The translations under genes were made by a program, and so were the position numbers. 64,000 bases of DNA from Candidatus Cloacimonadales bacterium (GTDB lineage: Bacteria; Cloacimonadota; Cloacimonadia; Cloacimonadales; JAIOQZ01), in the NCBI GenBank assembly GCA_963665815.1, contig OY762463.1, positions 3,680,001-3,744,000 on the forward strand, given 5' to 3'. Below the pieces are notes generated by a model. The model searched no databases. It was given only the letters and a program-made list of their open reading frames with translations, and had not been told where the DNA came from. Below, one piece after another: positions 30,262-40,838 of the stretch; the stretch's first letter is position 1; each line of letters begins with the position of its first letter.

Positions 30262-31797
30262 CTACTTATGCTTCTTCTTCACTTTACTGTTGTGCAGTTT
30301 CTTACAGATCTTCTCTACTGATCTGAAGTCTACTTTACCGGAGCTCATCAGAGGCAGATCATCTACAATATAGAACTCACGAGGTATTTCGATTGAGGAG
30401 AGTTGTTTTGAGAGCTGTTTCTTAAGTTTACGCACATTTACTTCTTTTGTCGTAACGGCAGCAACAATATCTGCACCTTTAGCAGGATTAGGTACGTCAA
30501 CCACACAGCAGGCAGCATCTTCCGGCAGCAGTTCATCAAGAGCATTCTCTATTTTAACCATAGAGACCATTTCACCACCAATTTTTGTAAAGCGTTTCAG
30601 ACGGCCTTTATGCCACAGATAACCGTCTTCATCGAGCATACCCATATCACCGGTGTCGTACCAGCCATTGTGGATTCTCATGGATGTTTCTTCGATATCA
30701 TCATAGTAACCCTTCATTACAAGATCACCCTTGACCATGATTTTGCCGACTTTGCCCGGAGGAAGAATTTCATCTGTATCAATATTGATGATCCTGACTT
30801 TTACACCTTTAAGCGGTAGACCAACCGATCCTAGTTTATCTTTTCCAACAGGATTAACCGAAATAACAGGGCTGGTTTCAGTTGTTCCATAGCCTTCCAG
30901 TATCTTCACATCATGGTGATGCAGGAAGTCATCGTGCAGTTTTTTAGGGAGTTTATCAGCTCCGGCAATAGCGAGTCGCACAGACCTGAATGTATCGCGC
31001 TCAGCTCTTCTCAGGTAACCATGGAAAAAGGTTGGTGTTCCCACAATTACATTAATCTTGTGCTTTTTGATAGTATCACAGACGCCTTTATAGTCTATCG
31101 GATTGGGCATGGCAACAATTGTTGCACCCAGAATAATGGGGAGCCAGAACGTAACAGTAAGCCCGAAGACATGGAAATAAGGAAGGCAGGCACCATAAGT
31201 GTCATGATGGTCTGTTTTGATGGAGAATGGAACAACATCAGTGTTTGCCAGAATGTTTTTATGAGTCAACTGCACTGCTTTAGGGGCTTTTTCACTACCG
31301 GATGTAAACAGAATTAGGGCATTATCGTTAGTTCTACCACCGTGAACTCCCATTAATACAGCAGGAAGTTTGGATCGGACTGCAGATTTTATTTTGTCCA
31401 GAATAGTAACTGATTTCAGAATATCTTCTATGTAGACCATTCCTTCCACGTGCTTGCAGTTTACTTTTGCCAGCAGCTTTTTGCTGGTTATGATTGTACT
31501 GAAAATACACTTTTCCTGTGCATAAAGGCAGTTATCTTCTGCTCCTGTTGCATAGTTGATCATAACGGGCGTTTTGCCTGAAAATAAAAGACCTATAAAT
31601 GAAAGTATGCATCCGGCAGAAGTCGGCAGCATTACACCTATATTCTGTTCAGGGAATTTCTTAAATTTATCTGACAGCATTATAGAAGCGATTAAGGCTT
31701 CGCTGTAGGTAAATTCTTTTCCTGTAGCAATGTCGATTATTGCTTTCTTTGTAGAATATTTCTTAGCATTTTCTATAAATCTTTTATGTAAAAGCAT
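30262..31797 (-). CDS. AMP-binding enzyme similar to the acyl-ACP synthetase half of Aas
   Basis: LFTSGSEKAPKAVQLTH, EGYGTTETSP, WYDTGD, GRLKRFTKIGGEMVS, SGKVD. Confidence 0.85.
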   Translation of the reverse strand: MLLHKRFIENAKKYSTKKAIIDIATGKEFTYSEALIASIMLSDKFKKFPEQNIGVMLPTSAGCILSFIGLLFSGKTPVMINYATGAEDNCLYAQEKCIFSTIITSKKLLAKVNCKHVEGMVYIEDILKSVTILDKIKSAVRSKLPAVLMGVHGGRTNDNALILFTSGSEKAPKAVQLTHKNILANTDVVPFSIKTDHHDTYGACLPYFHVFGLTVTFWLPIILGATIVAMPNPIDYKGVCDTIKKHKINVIVGTPTFFHGYLRRAERDTFRSVRLAIAGADKLPKKLHDDFLHHHDVKILEGYGTTETSPVISVNPVGKDKLGSVGLPLKGVKVRIINIDTDEILPPGKVGKIMVKGDLVMKGYYDDIEETSMRIHNGWYDTGDMGMLDEDGYLWHKGRLKRFTKIGGEMVSMVKIENALDELLPEDAACCVVDVPNPAKGADIVAAVTTKEVNVRKLKKQLSKQLSSIEIPREFYIVDDLPLMSSGKVDFRSVEKICKKLHNSKVKKKHK

Positions 31798-31811
31798 TAC
31801 GCCCACCTGTA

Positions 31812-32759
31812 TTAACTCTTTGTGATTATTGTTCCTGTTTTACCATTAAAGGCATCAACTATTTTATCTATTGAAGTGATCAGTACTTCTTTTCCGCCTT
31901 TTTCGAGGAAGAAAATAGATGCTCTGATTTTTGGTCCCATAGAACCTTTAGGGAACTGACCTTCTTCGAGGTATCTGTTTGCATCTTCGATATTGAGATT
32001 ATCCAGATCCTGCTGGTTTTCTTTTCCAAAGTTGATTGATACTTTTTCTACTCCTGTAAGAATTACAAGACGCTCAGCATCAATTTGAATTGCGAGAAGA
32101 GCAGAAGCATAATCTTTATCTATTACAGCATCAAAGCCTTCAAAGAGACCTTCTTCTGTTTTGTAGAATGGAACACCACCGCCTCCGCAGGCAACAACGA
32201 TTTTACCGTCATCAACTAAGTTTTTGATAATTGATTTTTGCACAATATCAACAGGTTTTGGAGAAGGCACAACTTGTCTGTAACCCCTACCGGAGTCTTC
32301 TACCATTGTCCATCCGTATTCCTCGATCATCTTGTCTGCTTGTTCCTTGGTAAAGAACGGACCGACCGGCTTGGACGGATTTTTAATACTTGGATCGTTT
32401 TCATCTACAAGAACCTGGGAGATAATAGTAACAACGTTACGATCTATTTTTTCCTTTATCAATCTGTTTTGCAGAGATTGCTCAATCATATAGCCCATTG
32501 TTCCTTCGGTAGCCGCATTGAGAACACCAAGTGGAAGCGGAGCAACATTTTTCTCTAAACCGGCGAGCTGTTGTATTAACAGATTACCGACTTGTGGTCC
32601 ATTGCCATGAGTAATCGCGAGGAGATAGTCCTGCTCAATTAGTTCAACAATACCGCCGAGAGATTCTCTTGTGTTAGCGAATTGTTCTGTGATTGTACCT
32701 TTTTGCCCGGACTGGATTATGGCATTTCCGCCCAGAGCAAGAACAGCTTTCTTTTTCAT
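31812..32759 (-). CDS. arcC: Carbamate kinase
   Basis: ALGGNA, THGNGPQVG, KPVGPF, EDSGRGYR.VVPSP, GGGGVP, AVIDKD, GSMGPK. Confidence 0.95.
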   Translation of the reverse strand: MKKKAVLALGGNAIIQSGQKGTITEQFANTRESLGGIVELIEQDYLLAITHGNGPQVGNLLIQQLAGLEKNVAPLPLGVLNAATEGTMGYMIEQSLQNRLIKEKIDRNVVTIISQVLVDENDPSIKNPSKPVGPFFTKEQADKMIEEYGWTMVEDSGRGYRQVVPSPKPVDIVQKSIIKNLVDDGKIVVACGGGGVPFYKTEEGLFEGFDAVIDKDYASALLAIQIDAERLVILTGVEKVSINFGKENQQDLDNLNIEDANRYLEEGQFPKGSMGPKIRASIFFLEKGGKEVLITSIDKIVDAFNGKTGTIITKS

Positions 32760-32902
32760 TTATCCACCTTTCTGAGTCCTTTGCATAATAACATAATCTA
32801 CGACTTCAACATTGTGTGATTGATGAAATTAGAGGATAGCATCAATTTACATCAATATGAGACTCGAGATAATACTACTCCAATTACGCAAAGATTTTAT
32901 TA

Positions 32903-32935
32903 GAAAAGAAAAGGAGACTTGAAAACAAGTCTCCT
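32903..32935 (-). terminator. Intrinsic terminator between the arcE-like gene and arcC
   Basis: AGGAGACTTG/CAAGTCTCCT perfect 10-bp stem with a TTTTCTTTT-like tract on the minus strand. Confidence 0.8.
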
Positions 32936-32954
32936 CTCCTGATAATATTTTATC

Positions 32955-34268
32955 TTAGAAATCTTTTAATACGTCAGCAATAGTTGGTGCACCAATTTCT
33001 TGCAGGTCATATTGTACACGTGTGTGTGGGTGTTTGATATTAATGATTCTGGAAAGATCGATAGGAGTAGCGATCAGAACAGCGTCACATTCAGTAGCAT
33101 TGATTGTTTCTTCGAGATCTTTAATTTGTTGTTCGCCATAACCCATAGCAGGTAAAAGAACACCAATTTCAGGATATTTTTCGAATGTTTCTTCGATTGT
33201 ACCAACTGCGAATTCTCTAGGATCAACGAGGTTAGCAACACCACATTTGTGAGCTGCTACAACACCTGCACCGTATTCCATTTCACCGTGTGTAAGTGTA
33301 GGACCATCTTCAACAACGAGTACATCTGCACCTTTGATAAGGTCAGGATTATCTGTTGTGAGTGGTGAAGCACCATCAATAATGATAGCATCAGGGTTGA
33401 TTTCCATAACATTTTCACGTACGATCTGGATGTCGTCGAAATCTGCTGAGTCAATTTTGTTAATCACAATAACGTCAGCAAGGTGAACGTTAGTTTCACC
33501 AGGGTAGTAGGAAAGTTCGTGACCAGGTCTGTGTGGGTCAACAACTACTATTTTGAGTTCTTTATCTGAAGTGTAGAAAGAAATATCATTATTTCCACCA
33601 TCCCAGATGATTACATCAGCTTCTTTTTCGGCTTCGCGAACGATTGCTTCGTAGTCAACACCAGCGTAAATTACACTGCCCATAGCGATATGTGGTTCGT
33701 ACTCTTCCATTTCTTCGATAGTACATTTGTGTTTTTCAAGATCAGCAAGTTCTGCGTATCTTTGTACTTTTTGAGCAACAAGGTCGCCGTAAGGCATAGG
33801 GTGTCTGATAGAAACAACTTTTTTACCTTTAGCTTTGAGAGCTTTAACAACCGCTCTGGTTGTCTGGCTTTTTCCACAACCTGTACGAACAGCAGTGATA
33901 GAAACTAATGGTTTTGTTGTTTTAACCTGAGTATGTTTTGCTCCCATGAGCATGAAGTCAGCACCTGTTGCATTCACTAATGATGCGTTATGCATAACTC
34001 TTTCATGAGGAACATCACTGTATGCAAATACAACGATATCAATGTTATGTTTTTCAATAAGAGATACAAGCTCTTCTTCTGCGAAGATGGGAATTCCTTC
34101 CGGATAAAGTTCTCCGGCGAGTTCTGCAGGATATTTCCTACCATCAATGTCAGGAATTTGGGTAGCTGTAAAAGCCACAATTTCGTAGTCTTCATTGTTT
34201 CTGAAGTATGTATTGAAATTGTGGAAATCTCTTCCGGCTGCACCCATAATAATAACTTTTTTCTTCAT
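32955..34268 (-). CDS. arcE: Probable arginine synthetase (ArcE; COG2403 'predicted GTPase'/CpgS-related family)
   Basis: IMGAAGRDFHNFN, VAFTATQIPDI.GR.YP.ELAG, AVRTGCGKSQT, IRHPMPYG, CTIEE.EEYEPH, WDGGNND, VEDGPTLTHG; adjacent to carbamate kinase. Confidence 0.75.
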   Translation of the reverse strand: MKKKVIIMGAAGRDFHNFNTYFRNNEDYEIVAFTATQIPDIDGRKYPAELAGELYPEGIPIFAEEELVSLIEKHNIDIVVFAYSDVPHERVMHNASLVNATGADFMLMGAKHTQVKTTKPLVSITAVRTGCGKSQTTRAVVKALKAKGKKVVSIRHPMPYGDLVAQKVQRYAELADLEKHKCTIEEMEEYEPHIAMGSVIYAGVDYEAIVREAEKEADVIIWDGGNNDISFYTSDKELKIVVVDPHRPGHELSYYPGETNVHLADVIVINKIDSADFDDIQIVRENVMEINPDAIIIDGASPLTTDNPDLIKGADVLVVEDGPTLTHGEMEYGAGVVAAHKCGVANLVDPREFAVGTIEETFEKYPEIGVLLPAMGYGEQQIKDLEETINATECDAVLIATPIDLSRIINIKHPHTRVQYDLQEIGAPTIADVLKDF

Positions 34269-34529
34269 TCCAATCTCCTTGTATTATATTGATAGTCACA
34301 ACGTTATTTATAAAATTTAAGAGTCAAGGAAAACTTTTAGAGAATGAGTGATAATTGATGAAAAGTGTCTGCTCGTGCTGTTCAACAGTCTGTTGGTATG
34401 CAGATATTTGTATGTGATTGTAGAATAATTCAGAAATTTTTGCATGCTCATGGCTGAAGAGATGAAATTGCTTGACTGTCATATGCTATCTTGATAACCT
34501 GCGAATAATAATATTAGGGAGGAATCTAT

Positions 34530-35108
34530 ATGGCAAAACATTTATTGTGGGTAATATTGCTAACTATCTGTTCTCAATTTTTATCTGGTGTTACGAGTGA
34601 AAGCCATCTTGAAAATACAGCAAAACTTCTTAGGTCGATTGGAATGGAAGAAATGTCCGAGATTTTCTGGGAAGAGAGAGTTTTTCAAACAAGAATAACA
34701 CATCATCCAGATTTACCTGATTCTGTCTGGAATATTGTTCGTGAAGAAATGGATGAAAAGATGACATTTTTCAATTCAATGATAGATTTTTATGCAACTC
34801 AATTCAGTGAGGATGAAGTTAAGGAATTAATTGATATTGTTGGTTCTGAATTGCTACAAAGGTTTTATGAATTTATGGGGAACACACAAAATATGTATGA
34901 CTCCACTATTGAGGAACTTTTTAAAAAAGAGTTTACTGAAGAAGAGAATGCTGAGCTGGAACGTTTTTTCGATTCAAAAGCTTATAGAAGATTCAGAGAA
35001 GTTACAGAATCTTCAGCTGGAAACAAAAACAAACATGCTCTTGAACTCGGTAGTGAAGTTTCAAAGCGAATCACAAAGTTCCTGAAAGAAAGAGGATTTA
35101 TTGAATAG
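34530..35108 (+). CDS. Secreted DUF2059-like protein with two repeats
   Basis: Signal peptide; FYATQFSEDEVKEL and LFKKEFTEEENAELERFFDS repeats. Confidence 0.6.
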   Translation: MAKHLLWVILLTICSQFLSGVTSESHLENTAKLLRSIGMEEMSEIFWEERVFQTRITHHPDLPDSVWNIVREEMDEKMTFFNSMIDFYATQFSEDEVKELIDIVGSELLQRFYEFMGNTQNMYDSTIEELFKKEFTEEENAELERFFDSKAYRRFREVTESSAGNKNKHALELGSEVSKRITKFLKERGFIE

Positions 35109-35157
35109 TAATTATAGCGTTATATATTTCTTGAAGTATTGTATTTTGTGAGTCCTT

Positions 35158-36108
35158 ATGAAAAAATACATTATATCTATTCTGATTCCATTTTCTCTTC
35201 TCATTACAGCTTGTAATAAAGGCAATATAACAAATGTAATTGCTCCCCGAGATTCTCTTGGGTGGCAGAATAATGATGAGTACTATTTTCAGAACATCAA
35301 AGGTTTGACATGTTCTAATGATAAGCTGTTTGCTCTCGATAGCTCTCAGGGCAAAGTATTCGCATTTAACCTTAATAGTTTTGAGTATTTGAATGAATAC
35401 TGCTTTCCCGGAAAAGGCCCAGGAGAATTGTCTGCCCCGGAAGATATTGCAGTAATTGATGACAGTTTATACATTACTGATGTAGGTAGCAGAAAGCTTG
35501 TAGCTGTTTCAGTTTCAAACAAAACATTCCGTGAGATGAAAACAGATTTATTATTCTATTTGTCTGAGTCTGCGGGAAAGCTATATACTGCCGGTATGCC
35601 TTTTCTGGAGACTTCGGAAATCAGTGTAATGGAGAGCGGAAAATTCAAAGAGATTGCTGAACCGAACAAGTTGTTTCCTGCAAATGAAGATAAGAAAAAT
35701 GACAGACTATATAATATGTACAGTTTCAATACTATTAATGACCGGATTGTTGTTGCTAAAAGATTTTTCGATAATAAGCTTGTTTTGAGTGAAAGTGGAG
35801 AATCAGAGAACATTACTTTTGAAGAACCGGATGTGAGTAATGCTGATCTTACTATATTTGGAAGACCAATGCCATATAAGCAGGGATTTATACAGCCTGT
35901 ATCTGTTCGATATAAATCTGAAAATGGAACATCTGCCACAGGCAAAACTAATTTGTATTACTACAAAAATGGGAATATCGTGAAAACATGGCGACTAGAA
36001 ACCAACAATAAAATGCTTGTTTTCTATACAAACTGGGTTTTGCACGACAACATAGTTATGGTCCCTCTTCAGGCAGAAGGGATGATTTATAAGTATGAAC
36101 TGGATTAA
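35158..36108 (+). CDS. 6-bladed beta-propeller (NHL-like) lipoprotein
   Basis: Lipobox ITAC; GKGPGELSAPEDI..LYITD. Confidence 0.72.
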   Translation: MKKYIISILIPFSLLITACNKGNITNVIAPRDSLGWQNNDEYYFQNIKGLTCSNDKLFALDSSQGKVFAFNLNSFEYLNEYCFPGKGPGELSAPEDIAVIDDSLYITDVGSRKLVAVSVSNKTFREMKTDLLFYLSESAGKLYTAGMPFLETSEISVMESGKFKEIAEPNKLFPANEDKKNDRLYNMYSFNTINDRIVVAKRFFDNKLVLSESGESENITFEEPDVSNADLTIFGRPMPYKQGFIQPVSVRYKSENGTSATGKTNLYYYKNGNIVKTWRLETNNKMLVFYTNWVLHDNIVMVPLQAEGMIYKYELD

Positions 36109-36125
36109 ACACAACTAAAACTACT

Positions 36126-37043
36126 ATGCTGAACACAGATTTTATCCCTAATTTCAAAGAGCTTTTGTCTTCTAAAGGGGACAAGGTTATTTATGATAAA
36201 ATTCTGGATTCCCCTGCTTACCGCGAACTATTCTCAAGGGAATATTGTCTGAGCAAGTCCAGAATGAAATACATATTTGACCTTTGCATAGGCGAAAAAA
36301 GTAGGTATCTGCAGGCTATAAAATCACACTATAAAACAAAGCAGGACATTAAGTACAGGTTCTATGAGTATCTGATAAAGTCAGTACAAACCGTAACAAA
36401 ACGGATATCAGATATTGAGAAGCACATAAACAGTATCGATTTGATACGCTTAGAGATGGATGTTAAGCAGAGACTATCCGAGTTTATAGACTTCGATGAT
36501 AACGATATATTACCTGAGGTATATTTTGTTATTTCTCCTGGGTATTTCGGTTATGAGCCGATAATAATGGATTTATCATTTCTTGTGGATGAAGAGACGG
36601 GGGAGATGATAAACTATAACAATCTGGTTAATACAATTGCCCATGAATGCTTTCATGTAATCAGGGCTCGCGAGTTAAAGAAAAGTGGACTTGTCAAAAC
36701 AGGATTCAAGTCCTGGTTAATGGATCAGATTGTTAACGAAGGCATTGCAGATTGTATTGATATTCTCCCTCGATACTCGGAAGATTCTGAATTCATCAAA
36801 GGCCATAAAGAGCAGCAAAAGCAGCAGCCGGAAGTACTCAAAAGATTGAACCTGATTTTTTTTGCTACAGGAGAAAATGAGTTTACTTCTGACCAAATCT
36901 CTAAGATTAGAAAGCTTGTACCTGATGCCGGTCATGCTCTGGGATTCTACATTATTCAGAAAATGTTGGGTCGAAACAAGGAAATGAATATTAAGGATCT
37001 GGTCTATGATATGGATTTACAATCTGTATTGTTGAGTATTTGA
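36126..37043 (+). CDS. Putative Zn-dependent protease (DUF5700/DUF2268-like)
   Basis: AHECFH, downstream NEGIAD, and GHALGF. Confidence 0.65.
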   Translation: MLNTDFIPNFKELLSSKGDKVIYDKILDSPAYRELFSREYCLSKSRMKYIFDLCIGEKSRYLQAIKSHYKTKQDIKYRFYEYLIKSVQTVTKRISDIEKHINSIDLIRLEMDVKQRLSEFIDFDDNDILPEVYFVISPGYFGYEPIIMDLSFLVDEETGEMINYNNLVNTIAHECFHVIRARELKKSGLVKTGFKSWLMDQIVNEGIADCIDILPRYSEDSEFIKGHKEQQKQQPEVLKRLNLIFFATGENEFTSDQISKIRKLVPDAGHALGFYIIQKMLGRNKEMNIKDLVYDMDLQSVLLSI

Positions 37044-37253
37044 GACAGTTCTGAAATCTGAGAAATTCTCAAGATTCTAATAAAGTCTAAAACTCATTGC
37101 AGTATACCAGACAAAAAAATATTGACTAATTTATCAGTCGTCTGAATTAGTATAAAGTGATTTGCATAATTAGAAAATCGAATTGAATATGTCTTTAATG
37201 AGTAAACTTAATTATGCACACAATACAATGAAAATTCTATATCAGGAGTTTTA

Positions 37254-38687
37254 ATGCTCTTTAATTCGTTTATATTTTTTATATTTTTGCTGATTGTATT
37301 ACCAGTATTTTACATCTTACCGACCAAGCGGACAAGGAATCTTTTCCTACTGGTTGCCAGCTATGTTTTCTATGGCTACTGGGACTGGAGATTCTGCATT
37401 CTACTCGCTGTATCTACAATTGTAGACTTCATCCTTGGTCTGTCACTGAAACACACCGAGAACATCACGCACAGAAAACTGATGCTTGCTGCCAGTGTTG
37501 TGGTTAATCTTGGGATTCTGGGATTCTTCAAGTACTTCAACTTCTTTGTATCCAGCTTTGAGTCTATGATTAGTTTTACAGGTCATAATCTGGATTTCCT
37601 GCATCTGAATATCATTCTGCCTGTAGGAATTTCTTTTTATACATTCCAGACAATGTCGTATACTCTGGATATTTATAAAAGGAAGCTGGAACCAACCCAT
37701 GATTTTATAGACTTTGCTCTGTTTGTTTCCTTTTTCCCGCAGCTTGTTGCAGGTCCTATTGAAAGAGCATCTAATCTCTTACCTCAACTTTCGAAGAAAT
37801 ATGCTCCGACAAAAGATCAGTTTATTAAGGGAATTGTCCTTATTATAACAGGTTTATTTAAAAAAGTGATGATTGGGGATACAACAGGTAGGATCGTAGA
37901 CCATATTTTCGGTAATCCGGAAATATATACATCTTTTGAGCTTCTTAGTGGACTAATACTTTTCTCCCTGCAGATTTATGCTGATTTCTCAGGATACAGC
38001 AGTATTGCCAGAGGTGTATCGAAAATGCTTGGTATTGAGCTGATGAAGAACTTCGAACAGCCATATCTTTCTGCAAATATTACAGAGTTCTGGAGAAGGT
38101 GGCATATATCGCTTTCATCCTGGCTGAGAGACTACCTTTATATCTCACTTGGAGGTAACAGAAAGGGTAAGGGCAGGACATACGTAAACCTTATGGCAAC
38201 AATGCTTCTTGGTGGTCTATGGCATGGAGCAAGCTGGAATTTTGTGATCTGGGGAGGTTTACATGGACTTTATCTTGCAATTCATAAGTTTATGCTTGGA
38301 TCAAAGAAAGTAGCCTTCCGGTATGAGCATTCAGGTACTTCCAGCTTTATCAGATATCTGGGTTCCATGTTTGCTACTAACGTTCTGGTTCTTATTACCT
38401 GGCTGTTTTTCAGAGCAAAAGACTTTACGACAATCAAGATTTTCTTCACTAAGATGATACACTGGGAATCAAGTGCTCTCAGTTACAGATTCCTGACGAT
38501 TACCTTAACATTCCTTCTGGTAAATCTGCTGCTTGATGTTCTGGAATACTACACAAAGCGTCATACCTATGTTTTAAAACTGAAGAAAAAGGAATTCGCA
38601 GCAGGACTACTTACAGCTTTGATACTTGTGACCTTCACATTCATGTTCCAGTCGGAACCGTTACCTTTCGTGTATTTCCAATTTTAG
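37254..38687 (+). CDS. MBOAT O-acyltransferase (AlgI/PatA/DltB family)
   Basis: MLFNS, LPVGISFYTFQ, FFPQLVAGPIER, QIYADFSGYS, FWRRWHISLS, GLWHGA, FVYFQF. Confidence 0.92.
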   Translation: MLFNSFIFFIFLLIVLPVFYILPTKRTRNLFLLVASYVFYGYWDWRFCILLAVSTIVDFILGLSLKHTENITHRKLMLAASVVVNLGILGFFKYFNFFVSSFESMISFTGHNLDFLHLNIILPVGISFYTFQTMSYTLDIYKRKLEPTHDFIDFALFVSFFPQLVAGPIERASNLLPQLSKKYAPTKDQFIKGIVLIITGLFKKVMIGDTTGRIVDHIFGNPEIYTSFELLSGLILFSLQIYADFSGYSSIARGVSKMLGIELMKNFEQPYLSANITEFWRRWHISLSSWLRDYLYISLGGNRKGKGRTYVNLMATMLLGGLWHGASWNFVIWGGLHGLYLAIHKFMLGSKKVAFRYEHSGTSSFIRYLGSMFATNVLVLITWLFFRAKDFTTIKIFFTKMIHWESSALSYRFLTITLTFLLVNLLLDVLEYYTKRHTYVLKLKKKEFAAGLLTALILVTFTFMFQSEPLPFVYFQF

Positions 38688-38696
38688 GGTATAACT

Positions 38697-39713
38697 ATGA
38701 AATATATAAAATCAATAATACTTTTTGTTTTAGCTTTTTCAATTACACTCGTTGTACTTGATAGATATCTGTTATTCAGCGAAATAAACTCAACATCTCA
38801 GGATATTTTCGATAAACGATACGGGAAAATATTCCGTCCCGGACGTAAATTCTCAGCGTTTAACGAAGGTTTTTCTATCGGTGAAGTTAACGACTACAGC
38901 TATCTTTATGCTGATTATCCCAGAGAAAGAAAACCCGGCACATATCGTATAGCACTTCTTGGAGATTCGTACATTGAAGGATTCCAATTATTCGCAAGAA
39001 ACCATTTGGCATCAATTATTGAAGAAAACCTAAATTCCGGAGACTCTCAGAACAGATTTGAAGTTCTGAACTTCGGAAGAAGTGGGTTTACTCTTGAATC
39101 AATGTATGCCCAATATAAAACCTTTGTGGGTGAATTTAAACCGGATCGCACTTTGTTCTTTCTGGCTGAATCTGATTTTTACGATGAAACGAATGATGCC
39201 CTTACTCTTGGTTATGTGGTTGATAATGACAGTTTGAAGCTCAAGAATTTTTCTGAAGGCTCAATAAAGAAATATAAGATTTATTCAAGTGTAACTAAGT
39301 ATTCACCTTATTTTACTATGCTTAACAGCTGCAGAAGACTTGCGACCAGTGGAAACGCTGCTAAGATTCTGTTGGATAAATTCGCTCCCTCTCGGAAACA
39401 GGGGGGAGGTTCAGATGCAAGTTCTAAAAAAGTAAGTTCCAAAGTGAAAATGATACTTGAGAAAGTTTCTTCTGATAGCAATACTGTAATTGTAAACCGT
39501 TCAGATGAACCTTATAATGAAGAAATTACAGCGCTGTTGATTAAAAACGGAATTACTCCTGTTGAAATACCTGAAGTTATAGAAAAACTGGAGAAGCAGG
39601 GAATTGATCCTCACTATTGGTCTGCAACTAATAAAACAGGACACTGGAACTATATTGCTCATAGAGAAATAGGTGATTTTCTTTCGGAAAAACTCAGGGA
39701 AATAATTAAGTAA
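38697..39713 (+). CDS. SGNH/GDSL-like periplasmic partner of the MBOAT
   Basis: N-terminal TM; RIALLGDSY, EVLNFGRSG, GHWN. Confidence 0.75.
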   Translation: MKYIKSIILFVLAFSITLVVLDRYLLFSEINSTSQDIFDKRYGKIFRPGRKFSAFNEGFSIGEVNDYSYLYADYPRERKPGTYRIALLGDSYIEGFQLFARNHLASIIEENLNSGDSQNRFEVLNFGRSGFTLESMYAQYKTFVGEFKPDRTLFFLAESDFYDETNDALTLGYVVDNDSLKLKNFSEGSIKKYKIYSSVTKYSPYFTMLNSCRRLATSGNAAKILLDKFAPSRKQGGGSDASSKKVSSKVKMILEKVSSDSNTVIVNRSDEPYNEEITALLIKNGITPVEIPEVIEKLEKQGIDPHYWSATNKTGHWNYIAHREIGDFLSEKLREIIK

Positions 39714-39884
39714 GTAGATTACAAAAATTGCTTTTCAAAGCTACTCGTCTTCAGTAATATCAGACGACAAAAACAAATACATTTGGAGTGGTTCTCCATT
39801 CAAACAACTATATTCTGAATGAACTCAATTGGTTTTGGGGAAAACTCATCAATTTTCCTGATTAAATTCTGCTTTGGATGAGAC

Positions 39885-40838
39885 TTACTTTATATGTATT
39901 ATCTCCTGTATATCATTGATAAACATTTCAGTAAAAATATCTGCTCCCGTGGAATTCAGGTGAGACTTATCTTTAAAATACTCAGGTTTACTGAAAACTT
40001 TGTATTCTTTATTGCCGTAGTTCAAGTATGGTACTTTGTTTTCCTTCATAAACTCTCTGAAATCCTGTGGTACAAGATTGGTATTAGAGTAGAATCTTGG
40101 AGATGATACACATATTATCTTCACATTATTCTCTTGGCATACACGCACCATATCTACAACCGAATCGTATAACTCCTGATCATACACATTGACATCTATC
40201 TTAAGTGAATTCGGTTCTGTGAGAAGCTTATCTACACCCGATAAAGGCTGGTAACCCTTTATCATTTTTTTGTTTGGTGGAATAAAATAATCTCTCAGTA
40301 GGTAAGCAAAGATTGAGTTATATTTATAAAAGTTTATTTGTTTGAAGAACTTTTCAGTAAACTTGAAGTCAGATATCTCAGATGGAAAATTATCGAGATA
40401 TTTTTCTGTCAGGTAAAACGATTTTAATTTTCCGGACAGACTTTCCCGTAGTTCGAAAGACATTCCGTAGGAGAGGTCAACAATAACAGCTTCGGGTTTA
40501 TGGTTTGCCAGAAAAATTCTTAATACTCTGCTCAGTACAAAAGTATTTGTTCCATCAAGTCCTATGTTATATACTGACTTATGAAGTTCTTTCTCCATCA
40601 TTTGTGTGTTATAGTGGTGTCCAGCTCTGGAGGCACCGATTACAAGGATATCCGGTTTGGATTTTACTGCTTCCATAAGAATATATGGTGGTGAATAGCT
40701 TTTCTTTATGTTTTCGAAAACCTTTTGTGTTACAAAACCAATAAGCTGATCTAAAATCAGAACAAGCAAAAAGAATATTCCGAGTTTAATGATGAATTTT
40801 TTTACTTTAGAACTGGAAGTAGATAAATTGTGATTCAT
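39885..40838 (-). CDS. SGNH-like (DltD/AlgJ-like) partner of the second MBOAT
   Basis: N-terminal TM; VIGASRA, YNIGLDG, FKDKSHLN (DxxH); start overlaps the MBOAT end with an AGGAG RBS. Confidence 0.75.
   Translation of the reverse strand: MNHNLSTSSSKVKKFIIKLGIFFLLVLILDQLIGFVTQKVFENIKKSYSPPYILMEAVKSKPDILVIGASRAGHHYNTQMMEKELHKSVYNIGLDGTNTFVLSRVLRIFLANHKPEAVIVDLSYGMSFELRESLSGKLKSFYLTEKYLDNFPSEISDFKFTEKFFKQINFYKYNSIFAYLLRDYFIPPNKKMIKGYQPLSGVDKLLTEPNSLKIDVNVYDQELYDSVVDMVRVCQENNVKIICVSSPRFYSNTNLVPQDFREFMKENKVPYLNYGNKEYKVFSKPEYFKDKSHLNSTGADIFTEMFINDIQEIIHIK

Noticed and set aside
40807..40838. 32-nt MBOAT/SGNH overlap as a frameshift
   Set aside because: The MBOAT ends in the conserved FIYFQF-stop and the downstream ATG has its own AGGAG RBS, consistent with ordinary translational coupling.
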